From Paraphysomonas bandaiensis (lineage: Eukaryota; Protista; Chrysophyceae), in assembly GCA_965644295.1 (NCBI GenBank), contig CBFFRP010000400.1, positions 62,001 to 126,000 on the forward strand: 64,000 bases of DNA, written 5' to 3'. Under the pieces are notes generated by a model. It did no database searches and was not told the origin of the DNA. It saw only the letters and a list, made by a program, of their open reading frames with translations. The position numbers and the translations under genes are program-made. Positions within the stretch are counted from its first letter, which is position 1, and every line of letters starts with the position of its first letter. Shown piece after piece: positions 13,240 through 23,000 of this stretch.

Positions 13240-15705
13240 TCAAAAACATGGACATGGAGTGTCTTGTGAACGAAGCCACTGCAGCACATCCAAGTGCCCT
13301 CCCTTTGCAGCTGCCCTGCAACCCTGCAAGTGCCTTCACCCCAGGGACATGGAGGGTCCTGTGAACGAAGCTACTGCAGTACATCCAAGTGTCCACCCTC
13401 AGCAGCCTCCTTGCAAGTCTGTTCACTCCATGGACATGGAGGGTGCTGAGAACGAAGCCACTTCAGTACATCCCAGTGCCCTCCGTTTGCTGCACAAAGG
13501 CAAGTCCATTCATTCCATGGACATGGAGGGTCCTGTGAACGAAGCCACTGCAGCACATCCAAGTGCCCTCCCTTTGCAGCTGCCCTGCAAGTATGTTCAT
13601 TCCAGGGACATGGAGGGTCCTGTGAACGAAGCCACTGCAGTACATCCAAGTGTCCACCCTCAGCAGCCTCCTTGCAAGTCTGTTCATTCCATGGACATGG
13701 AGGGTGCTGAGAACGAAGCCACTTCAGTACATCCAAGTGCCCTCCGTTTGCTGCACAACGGCAAGTCCATTCATTCCATGGACATGGAGGGTCCTGTGAA
13801 CGAAGCCACTGCAGCACATCCAAGTGCCCTCCATTTGCAGCAACATTGCAAGTACGTTCATCCCATGGATCTGGAGGGCTCTTTGAACGAAGCCACTGTA
13901 GAACATCCAAATGTCCACCTGCAGCAGCAGCAGTACAAGTGGTTCCAAGCACTGAATCTGGAGGGTCATGTGAACGAAGCCACTGTAGAACATCCAAGTG
14001 TCCACCCCTAGCAGCAACACTACAAGTCAACAGATTCCATGGACATGGAGGGTCCTGAGAACGAAGCCACTGCAGTACATCCAAGTGCCCACCCCTAGAA
14101 GCATCGATGCAAGTCGCTTCATTCCATGGACATGGAGGGTGCTGAGAACGAAGCCATCTCAGAACATCCAAGCGCCCAAATCTAGCAGAAATTGAGCAAG
14201 TCGTTTCATTCCAGGGACATGGAGGGTCCTGTGAACGAAGCCACTGCAGCATATCCAAGTGCCCTCCATTTGCAGCTGCCCTGCAAGTCTGTTCATTCCA
14301 GGGACATGAAGGGTCCTGTGAACGAAGCCACTGCAGTACATCCAAGTGTCCACCCTCAGCAGCCTCCATGCAAGTCTGTTCATTCCATGGACATGGAGGG
14401 TCCTGTGAACGAAGCCATCTCAGAACATCCAAGCGCCCAAATCTAGCAGCAATTGTGCAAGTCATTTCATTCCAGGGACATGGAGGGTCCTGTGAACGAA
14501 GCCACTGCAGCACATCCAAGTGCCATCCCTTTGCAGCTGCCCTGCAAGTCTGTTCATTCCAGGGACATGGAGGGTCCTGTGAACGAAGCCACTGCAGTAC
14601 ATCCAAGTGTCCACCCTCAGCAGCCTCCTTGCAAGTCTGTTCATTCCATGGACATGGAGGGTGCTGAGAACGAAGCCACTTCAGTACATCCAAGTGCCCT
14701 CCGTTTGCTGCACAACGGCAAGTCCATTCATTCCATGGACATGGAGGGTCCTGTGAACGAAGCCACTGCAGCACATCCAAGTGCCCTCCATTTGCAGCAA
14801 CATTGCAAGTACGTTCATCCCATGGATCTGGAGGGCTCTTTGAACGAAGCCACTGTAGAACATCCAAATGTCCACCTGCAGCAGCAGCAGTACAAGTGGT
14901 TCCAAGCACTGAATCTGGAGGGTCATGTGAACGAAGCCACTGTAGAACATCCAAGTGTCCACCCCTAGCAGCAACACTACAAGTCAACAGATTCCATGGA
15001 CATGGAGGGTCCTGAGAACGAAGCCACTGCAGTACATCCAAGTGCCCACCCCTAGAAGCATCGATGCAAGTCGCTTCATTCCATGGACATGGAGGGTGCT
15101 GAGAACGAAGCCATCTCAGAACATCCAAGCGCCCAAATCTAGCAGAAATTGAGCAAGTCGTTTCATTCCAGGGACATGGAGGGTCCTGTGAACGAAGCCA
15201 CTGCAGCATATCCAAGTGCCCTCCATTTGCAGCTGCCCTGCAAGTCTGTTCATTCCAGGGACATGAAGGGTCCTGTGAACGAAGCCACTGCAGTACATCC
15301 AAGTGTCCACCCTCAGCAGCCTCCATGCAAGTCTGTTCATTCCATGGACATGGAGGGTCCTGTGAACGAAGCCATCTCAGAACATCCAAGCGCCCAAATC
15401 TAGCAGCAATTGTGCAAGTCATTTCATTCCAGGGACATGGAGGGTCCTGTGAACGAAGCCACTGCAGCACATCCAAGTGCCATCCCTTTGCAGCTGCCCT
15501 GCAAGTCTGTTCATTCCAGGGACATGGAGGGTCCTGTGAACGAAGCCACTGCAGTACATCCAAGTGTCCACCCTCAGCAGCCTCCATGCAAGTCTGTTCA
15601 TTCCATGGACATGGAGGGTGCTGAGAACGAAGCCACTTCAGTACATCCAAGTGCCCTCCGTTTGCTGCACAACGGCAAGTCCATTCATTCCATGGACATG
15701 GAGGT
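13240..15705. repeat. 87-bp coding tandem repeat with 957-bp (11-unit) higher-order duplication
   Basis: Identical alternative-frame ORFs recur at a 957-bp offset (13724/14681, 13846/14803, 14159/15116); 957 = 11 x 87. Confidence 0.97.
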
Positions 15706-16013
15706 TCCTGCGCATGAAAGCTCATGAGATGTATCATCTGCTGTAGTCTGCCGTATTGTGCACATGTATTCATTAGTTTGATGTGTGGGCAGCCCATAGC
15801 CAGAGCCCATGAGACCATTGAGTTGGTCATACAGTAGTGAGATGCATGTGACTCAAGTCTCTCTCTGCTCTTATCAGTGTATACTATATCGTGAAATCTC
15901 TTACAAGTTAATATCACTGGAAGGAGAGCCGTGTGTGGGATCAGAGAGATGATGACACGAAGAACATCAACATTAAGAACATATATATGCGACATATCTA
16001 AACACTGATTCAT
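13371..16013 (-). CDS. Intronless F-box-like + ankyrin-like (WLR...CPW) repeat protein, 880 aa, about 27 repeats of 29 aa, degenerate 3' end
   Basis: N-terminal F-box-like VLNVDVLRVIISLIPHTALLPVILTCKRFHDIV; repeat consensus WNExTCxxAAxGGHLDVLQWLRSQDPPCP; the stop is TAG at a TGG position and eroded repeats continue to about 13240. Confidence 0.88.
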   Translation of the reverse strand: MNQCLDMSHIYVLNVDVLRVIISLIPHTALLPVILTCKRFHDIVYTDKSRERLESHASHYCMTNSMVSWALAMGCPHIKLMNTCAQYGRLQQMIHLMSFHAQEPPCPWNEWTCRCAANGGHLDVLKWLRSQHPPCPWNEQTCMEAAEGGHLDVLQWLRSQDPPCPWNEQTCRAAAKGWHLDVLQWLRSQDPPCPWNEMTCTIAARFGRLDVLRWLRSQDPPCPWNEQTCMEAAEGGHLDVLQWLRSQDPSCPWNEQTCRAAANGGHLDMLQWLRSQDPPCPWNETTCSISARFGRLDVLRWLRSQHPPCPWNEATCIDASRGGHLDVLQWLRSQDPPCPWNLLTCSVAARGGHLDVLQWLRSHDPPDSVLGTTCTAAAAGGHLDVLQWLRSKSPPDPWDERTCNVAANGGHLDVLQWLRSQDPPCPWNEWTCRCAANGGHLDVLKWLRSQHPPCPWNEQTCKEAAEGGHLDVLQWLRSQDPPCPWNEQTCRAAAKGWHLDVLQWLRSQDPPCPWNEMTCTIAARFGRLDVLRWLRSQDPPCPWNEQTCMEAAEGGHLDVLQWLRSQDPSCPWNEQTCRAAANGGHLDMLQWLRSQDPPCPWNETTCSISARFGRLDVLRWLRSQHPPCPWNEATCIDASRGGHLDVLQWLRSQDPPCPWNLLTCSVAARGGHLDVLQWLRSHDPPDSVLGTTCTAAAAGGHLDVLQWLRSKSPPDPWDERTCNVAANGGHLDVLQWLRSQDPPCPWNEWTCRCAANGGHLDVLKWLRSQHPPCPWNEQTCKEAAEGGHLDVLQWLRSQDPPCPWNEHTCRAAAKGGHLDVLQWLRSQDPPCPWNEWTCLCAANGGHWDVLKWLRSQHPPCPWSEQTCKEAAEGGHLDVLQ

Positions 16014-16196
16014 GGTTTATATGAGGCTGATAGAGTGTTAATATACAGCAGATGAGTTTATCATATATGCGTGCAGAGTACCACTATACATATCTACAGC
16101 GATGTGCATGCACAGCTATATACCGCAGTATACGTATACCATATCCACTTTTACCAGGAGACCAGAAAAGAAATTTCCTCAACGTGAACACCATGA

Positions 16197-16570
16197 ATGT
16201 ATGTATGTATGTATGTATGTATGTATGTATGTATGTATGTATGTATGTATGTATGTATGTATGTATGTATGTATGTATGTATGTATGTATGTATGTATGT
16301 ATGTATGTATGTATGTATGTATGTATGTATGTATGTATGTATGTATGTATGTATGTATGTATGTATGTATGTATGTATGTATGTATGTATGTATGTATGT
16401 ATGTATGTATGTATGTATGTACTGTATGTATGTATGTATGTATGAACAGTTCATGCAGTCGTGTTGTGTATGCATAAAGTACAGTATGTATGTACATACA
16501 TACATACATACATACATACATACATACATACATACATACATACATACATACATACATACATACATACATC
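16197..16570. repeat. (TATG)n tract (16197-16445) followed by an inverted (CATA)n tract (16493-16570)
   Basis: Directly visible. Confidence 0.98.
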
Positions 16571-16735
16571 ATACACACTCTGGAGATGTAGAGATGGTAT
16601 TATCATATGAAATTCAACGTAGATATAGTGCTACTCTATTAACAATCTCAGTGAGAGAATTACTTTGATTGATATCATTATAAACAATTCTAGTAATCTT
16701 TTAACGCATAATATTCATTGTAAGCAAGTGATAGT

Positions 16736-17294
16736 ATGGCACAAGTATATCTTATTGTGGTTATATATCATACTATAGTCTAATATGTTGTTACAGGCAG
16801 TTATCCTTATTTCCTCTTATCAATCAGATACTACGCAAGAACAAAATCAAAGAAGATTGGAACATACAATGCAAGCTAATAAGATTGATTATTTATCAGT
16901 TGATGGGGCACTTGCAGAGAATAAGGTATGATATCATGTGTGATGCATGCACTTGTCTGAAGGCATACATAGGAAACACGCGACACTCTCTTCTCTGTAT
17001 CTGGACAACGTGGAAAATACCCACAGTGCTTTATAAAAGAAAACGATACGTACACATTTATTGGACTATGGGATGCAATTGAGGTATGTACAACTGAGTT
17101 GCGCTTATATTAATAATTGTTTGCTTGATAATTAATTTGGTAGTCTCTACTCGAATGTAACGATTTACCTGCCGAAGTGCTGGAGGCTAACCCTAATATC
17201 CCTACTTTTGAAAAGGTAATACACCATTCTGTCAGTTGAATTTCTTTTTAACTCTTCTTCGTAGACATTTGCTAATGTTATGAAAACTGAGTAG
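16736..17294 (+). CDS. SH3BGR-like / glutaredoxin-fold small protein, 5 exons, absent from the ORF track
   Basis: MAQ|AVILISSYQSDTTQEQNQRRLEHTMQANKIDYLSVDGALAENK|ETRDTLFSVSGQRGKYPQCFIKENDTYTFIGLWDAIE|SLLECNDLPAEVLEANPNIPTFEK|TFANVMKTE*; all introns phase 0 GT-AG; the PQxF...G motif is typical of SH3BGR/Grx; the first micro-exon is less certain. Confidence 0.8.
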
Positions 17295-17835
17295 ATATAA
17301 CTCTGAACAGCATAAATAATATATGCATATCGGTCATTGCGCTTCTAGTGTGCTTCACTTTCACAAAGTTGTACTTTGCTTGTACGATTAACTTCATGTA
17401 ACAGTAACAATGTGTGCTACAAATTGTTAGTATTATTTTGTAGCAGTATATATGAACAATATATAACATTGTAAACTTTGTACGCTATGTGTGAGCACCA
17501 TGAAATCTTATAGTCCGCCAATAGTCATTAGGCTACTATGTTGTTATTGCGCTATCATTGCATAAGTACAGCAAGTTGATAGCAACAATAACATACAAAT
17601 AAAAATAACACTGCACAACTCGATGTACCGTTGTCATATTATTACTTTAGCTTTGGATTTCATACTTATGAAATATGAGATCAAGCATAAGCTTATTACG
17701 CCATAATATAGATAATGCATAGTAAGATTAAAGATAAAGAATATGGGACTAATAACATTCACAAAAACTGTGTAATATAAAGTCTGATTATTACATGAGA
17801 ACGGTTGAGTATAGAGACTAGTATTATATCTATAG

Positions 17836-18022
17836 GCTGACTAAACTGGGCTTGCTATGTACTACTAGTGGCGGGCAACCTTCTCAGGACTGCTTGTGCA
17901 TCGCTGCGAGCACCATGGTGCAACCGTGCCTGGTGGTGAGGTTAGTCGGGGGGTCTGCCTTTGGGCAGCGTGTCTGGCGGGCCTGTATCACAAAAACTGT
18001 GTTACTTATTAACGGCCCAGCC
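17836..18022 (+). other. GC-rich, multi-helix foldable segment (candidate structured RNA or retroelement UTR relic)
   Basis: Pairings CTGGGC/GCCCAG, GCTTGCTA/TGGCGGGC, AACCTTC/GAGGGTT, TCAGG/CCTGG, TGCATCG/TGGTGCA, CTGCCT/GGGCAG; many rely on G-U pairs on the + strand. Confidence 0.3.
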
Positions 18023-18604
18023 TGTGACTGTCCATTCCTCTAACCTATCCCTTTAGAACCCTATACCTCTCTTGTTGGTAGTATATCATATTTTTTTACT
18101 TATGATACACTGTGGAGTGGAGATACGGTGATACGGTAATCTACACACACATAGTACATTAGTAAGTTAGTATGCAACATACAGAAGTTTTATTTGACAA
18201 GGTCATTATTTGTTTCACTTTTAAACCTACTAAATATAGTATCATTTGTTATAACTACGCTAAAAAGTTGCATTTGTTCTAACTAAATTTTCGTTTTAGT
18301 CCTGTGTACACTAAGCTAAAAACAATAGTTAATAGTTGAGCCTACTAAAATTTTCAGTTATTTTAAAATTATATCTAAACCTACTAAAAATTAAAAAAGT
18401 AGAGTAAGCTACGAGGTAACTCAATTTCTAGGGAATTAGGCGAAGGGTGACGTAGATACTAGGCGGCAGATACATATCGATATTCTGTCTGGGCTCCACC
18501 ATTCTACAGCTTCGCACATGCAAAGAAGCGGTCGTGTCTGCATTTGAAGCACTGGCGCCCATACTGCCTACTGCAGATGGTAGGTGCAATGGTAGAGTTA
18601 CACC

Positions 18605-18763
18605 CTGGGCAGCACATGTCACCGAGTGGTCTTGGTGAATCTATTGGAGGTTAGTGAATCATAGGTCAATAAAGTACACAATACTGATATCCCTTGGAGA
18701 GCAGATGTACTGTTTATTCACTAACCTCCAATAGCTTAGCTCCACCGGGTGACATGCGCTCAG
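18605..18763. repeat. About 160-bp imperfect palindrome (fold-back) with a perfect 19-bp inverted repeat
   Basis: ctattggaggttagtgaat (18641-18659) / attcactaacctccaatag (18716-18734); outer arms catgtcacc.agtgg / ccacc.ggtgacatg. Confidence 0.85.
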
Positions 18764-19230
18764 ATACGAAGTAGTAGGATGAGATGGAAAATATAGTAGG
18801 AACAAAAATAAAGTGAGGCCATTGTCAACCCAACGTTTAGAGAGGATAGGTGACTTCTCCAGTGTCTAGTTTAGTTTTCTGGTTTCCAGGATATTACAGC
18901 AATATGTTTATTGGACTGACTAAACTTGTGTGGACAGTAGCTTGGACTGATACTCATGAAGTACTCCATGTATACAAGGTCGGTAGGTACGGTAAGTAGG
19001 TACGATAAGTACGTACGATAAGGAGGTACTTGTAATGTACTGTGTACTCTGTGTGTATGTGGGTATATGATGTCTGTGCAATGATAGAGTAGTACGTTTG
19101 TATTAGGTGAAGAAGTACGCACATGCCCATCTCTCTCCATACTTTATGTACATACTGCAGTACATATATACAAGTATCTATCCATCCATCCATCCATCTA
19201 ACCTCATGTACGTATACAATAGCGTATCGG

Positions 19231-19355
19231 CATCCTTTGTATATTTTTGTTCAAATATGCTTCATATATTGAGACAACAATTATCTGTATTACAGCCGTA
19301 GTTGTATGTTAATAATATAGAAGATATTTACTTCAATTTATTTCCGAAAAATACG
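19231..19355. repeat. Dispersed repeat Z (about 125 bp), homologous to 28051-28173
   Basis: Shared catcctt...tatttttgttcaaa.atgc...atattgagacaa.aattat.tgtatt.cagccgta...tttacttcaatttatt.ccgaaaa. Confidence 0.8.
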
Positions 19356-19474
19356 AGTAAGAGACATCCATTCCATATGTAACTACTTCCATCCCTCTCA
19401 TTATCTCCATTCTATCCATCATAGAACCCTCCTATACATTATTTCATGTTCTACTTTCATTCATCACCTCATTA

Positions 19475-22053
19475 ATGGTCTCATTGATCATTCTTCTACC
19501 ATGTATAGCACTCTTAACCCTTATAGTTATATATATCACATATCGGAAATATAAACACATACAACATAAACGTAATTTACAAAAATCAAGAATACAATGG
19601 AAACAATCACATCGAAATACATTAACAGGAAATTTTGTTATGACATTTATAACCCCAATTGATGAAATATATAAAATAAAACAAGAACGTATATTAGGGA
19701 AAGGATCGTATGGTGTGGTAGTCACTGGGATTCATAAAGAATCAAATGTAGAATATGCTATCAAATTAGTTAATACAGAAAGTGGTAAACGACATCGTAT
19801 TGAAAGAGAATATAAATTATTAAAAGATATTGATCATCCTAATATTGTGAGATTATTTGCGGTGTATGATACACCTCATGAGGTGGGGTTTGTGATGGAG
19901 CTTTGTACCGGGGGACATATAGGGCACTGGCTAGAGAGGATTCAGTTTAACCCTCGAGCCGTGCTTCCAGAAACAACCACTAAGTCAGTCATTCGGCAGC
20001 TGCTCTCAGCCATCGCTCATATGCATGATAGAGGCATATGTCATCGCGATATCAAACTCCAAAACATTATGCGGGAGCATGCAGGATGGAATGCACAAAT
20101 CAAGCTGATTGACTTTGGTCTTGGTACGCGGTTTATTGGTGCAACCCCCATGAAAACCAGGTGTGGAACCCTGTATGCAACTGCCCCGGAGGTACTCAGG
20201 GAGTCTTATGATGAGCGATGTGACGTATGGAGTGCTGGGGTAGTGGCATTTACAATGCTGAGCGGTAGGAAACCGTTTGAAGCTCTTGTCCTGCACCCCG
20301 CTTCTGGAGAAGACAGCGATGGGAAGTGTTCAGTTATGGCGAATATCCTAATGGGTAGGTATCATTATCGTCACAAGGACTGGAAGAAAGTGTCTTCAAC
20401 TGCAATGGAGTTCACACAGAAAATGCTGACTCATGACTATAAGCAGCGGTGGAGTGCACAGGAAGCCTTGGAACATGATTGGTTCAGCGAAAGAGATGAT
20501 GGGGGATGCTCTGGAGATGCAGACGATGTGGACAGCACGGACGATCCCGTCGATCCAGTGGCGAGGGCGCGCAAGTTTTCATCGACATCTATTATGTCGG
20601 ACTCCTCAGGCGATGCGAATATGGTTCAGACGGCGTTTAAGAACCTAAAGAGACACAGCGATGTATCTGTGCTTCATCAAACAAGTATGCTCGCAGTTGC
20701 CTACAATATGCCACAGAATAAGACAGCTGACCGGAGGGCTTTCTTTCAGTCGTTTGATGTGGACAAGAATGGCACTCTAGATCGAGAAGAATTCAGAGCG
20801 GCAATGTTGGCGTGTAATATATTCAACACCGGCGACACCGAGAAGCTATCTGAGGACGACATAGACTGCATCTTCAAGGCTGTAGATGCAAATGGTGACA
20901 ATCAAATTTCGTTTACGGAATTTTTGGCTGCTACATTAGATCCGCGCGACTTCGATATACAGGCCCTCAATACGGCTTTTCAAATCCTAGACACAGATCA
21001 GAAAGGTAATAGCTATGGCACCGTATTTTCGTCTATAATTTTGATATGGCGGGGTTGTTGTAGGATATATTACCTTCAACGATATGGAACGTGTTCTCAG
21101 TGTCACGTCGGCAGCCCGTAAGAGATCGGTCATTATGTCACAAACATCCTCCCAGAGTTTACTAGGGAAAGGTGTAGGAATCTCACCAAGTCTATCGAAA
21201 TCGCAGTCGATAAAATCTGCTCCGTCGAAGTCGTCTAAAGTGTGCCCGGTTGTATCCAATCCAACTAACGACAACGATTCGGATGATAATAGTGCAGATG
21301 GTGCCCCTGAGGAGAAGGATCACAGTTTCGGAAGAGGGCGTTCGATGTCCCTCGGAAACGTACTCAGGAGGTATGTTTGATTATTAGACGATCGTGTTGC
21401 TGTCGACTCAATATCTGTTTGCCTTATATAGGCCAAGCATGTTGAAAGATATCATGCCTATGATGTCAGCTCCTCGTCGGTCATCCATGACAAGTGCTCC
21501 CATCGCTTTGTCATTTGGAGCCAGTGGAGAAAGTGAGCATTCTAACAGCGACATCAAGATACGTAAGAAATCATCCTCTGTGATTCCCATTCTATCCGCA
21601 AAGTCATCCCCGATGCTCTATAGCAAAGCACAAAATAATCCTGCCCCCCCTCCAGGTACTTATACATTTGTATTTTGTGATTCTTTCCTCATCGATTTAT
21701 AGAATTGGATCCGGTTGTGGCAGAGCAAATCCAAAGAGCAATTAAATTGGTTGATAAAAATGGGACAGGTGTTGTGTCGTATACAGATTTTTTGTTAGCA
21801 CTGACAGAGAATGGGAACAGCAGTCCGTCAAAGACAAGTACGAACTAATTATTACTATTTAACTGTTTCTCATGTCATCACTGCAGGGGACACCTCTCCA
21901 CGTACTCGAACGAGCTCATGTGACCAGGTTACTATGACTGACACAACTGCAAGTTCAAAAGATAATGTTTTTTCAAAGACTTCACAGAATTTCCGAAAGC
22001 TCTCTAATTGCGAGGAGAAAGATAGCATGTCAGGGTCTGATGTAAAGATGTAG
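19475..22053 (+). CDS. Calcium-dependent protein kinase (CDPK-type) with N-terminal signal-anchor and 4 EF-hands, 5 exons
   Basis: Hydrophobic MVSLIILLPCIALLTLIVIYITY then basic residues; GKGSYG, AIK, HRDIKLQN, DFG, APE; EF loops DVDKNGTLDREE, DANGDNQISFTE, DTDQKG|YITFND, DKNGTGVVSYTD. Confidence 0.92.
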
Positions 22054-22245
22054 CTCGTTGTCTTGAATGTATATATATTGCCTCGACTCATTTATAGACG
22101 TCTTATCGAATACGTGCAACTGTTGTAGACCTTGATACCACAGTAACACTTAAATATGACGGTCTCAAAAAGAATGATGATTATGTTATCGTAAATTCTT
22201 ATTATATATATTCCTATACATGGCAGAAATGTAGTACTGCGTAAC

Positions 22246-22495
22246 AATTAATTGTCAATTAATTGATTAATTGGCACATGTTGTAGTCAATTACAATTGC
22301 AATTATTACTTGCTGTCCCGATATCCCAATTACTACAATATATTGCTATTAATCTATTAATTGATACTAAACTACGTACGTATATGTCGTAGCAGGCTTG
22401 CGTAACAATATATTTGCAGTTAATTGGAGACAGGTGTCCAACAATAATAATTGCGATAATCAAGCATCCAATTATTGGCAATGAAATTAATTGCC
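22246..22495. repeat. AATTAATTG/CAATTG-rich array next to a hAT relic; related block at about 23660-23730
   Basis: Reiterated aattaattg; gttgtagtcaa shared at about 22280 and about 23691. Confidence 0.5.
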
Positions 22496-22618
22496 TTTCA
22501 TTCTATTGATAGATTTTAGAATAACTTTCTGAACTAAAATCTCATCCCAAAGAAAATTCAACATTTCAAGGTGTCTAGGTGTCATTCGCTCGCGAAAATC
22601 TAGTCTGACAATATCTTA

Positions 22619-23000
22619 CCTGCTAAACAGCCTCTCACTAACATTGGTAGTGCTATACGAATACTTCATGCAACGATATCGAGTTCGAAGTTTGATGCGT
22701 GCTTTTTGACGCTTTCGGTTGTCTTTAAGTATACGAATGGCCTCGTCTTCCTCCTCTTCCTCCTCCTCCTCATCTTACTCTTCATAATCAAGTTCACCTT
22801 CGTGTGCAGGTACATCATTTATCAAAAGCCCCCCCCTGTGCTTTTTCAGCGCGGTTCAGCTCTTCTTCCCTACAGCGCTGAGTTTTGACTACTGCTCTCT
22901 CAAAATCTGCATTTTGAACGATTTACGCGTCTGCACCCACCAGGTGAATTTCATCCCAGGGGGTACTGACGAATAAAATCATCAAATTTGTTCATTCGAT
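22619..23000 (-). pseudogene. Decayed C-terminal part of a hAT-like transposase
   Basis: Minus-strand fragments GADA*IVQNADFERAVVKTQRCREEELNRAEKA and ...RYRCMKYSYSTTNVSERLFSR, matching the hAT dimerisation motif (S/T)xxxERLFS; stops and frameshifts present. Confidence 0.7.

Noticed and set aside
13371-13373. In-frame TAG as readthrough or a recoded codon
   Set aside because: An 8-bp frameshifting duplication follows within about 50 bp, and TAG ends other genes here normally; simple decay is more likely.
13175-15746. Many overlapping and antisense ORFs, and a possible CRISPR-like look of the 87-bp array
   Set aside because: By-products of the coding repeat; units are contiguous, in frame and lack unique spacers.
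17936-17948. CTAACCCT on the minus strand as a telomerase RNA template
   Set aside because: Only 8 nt, expected by chance, and the folding evidence favours the opposite strand.
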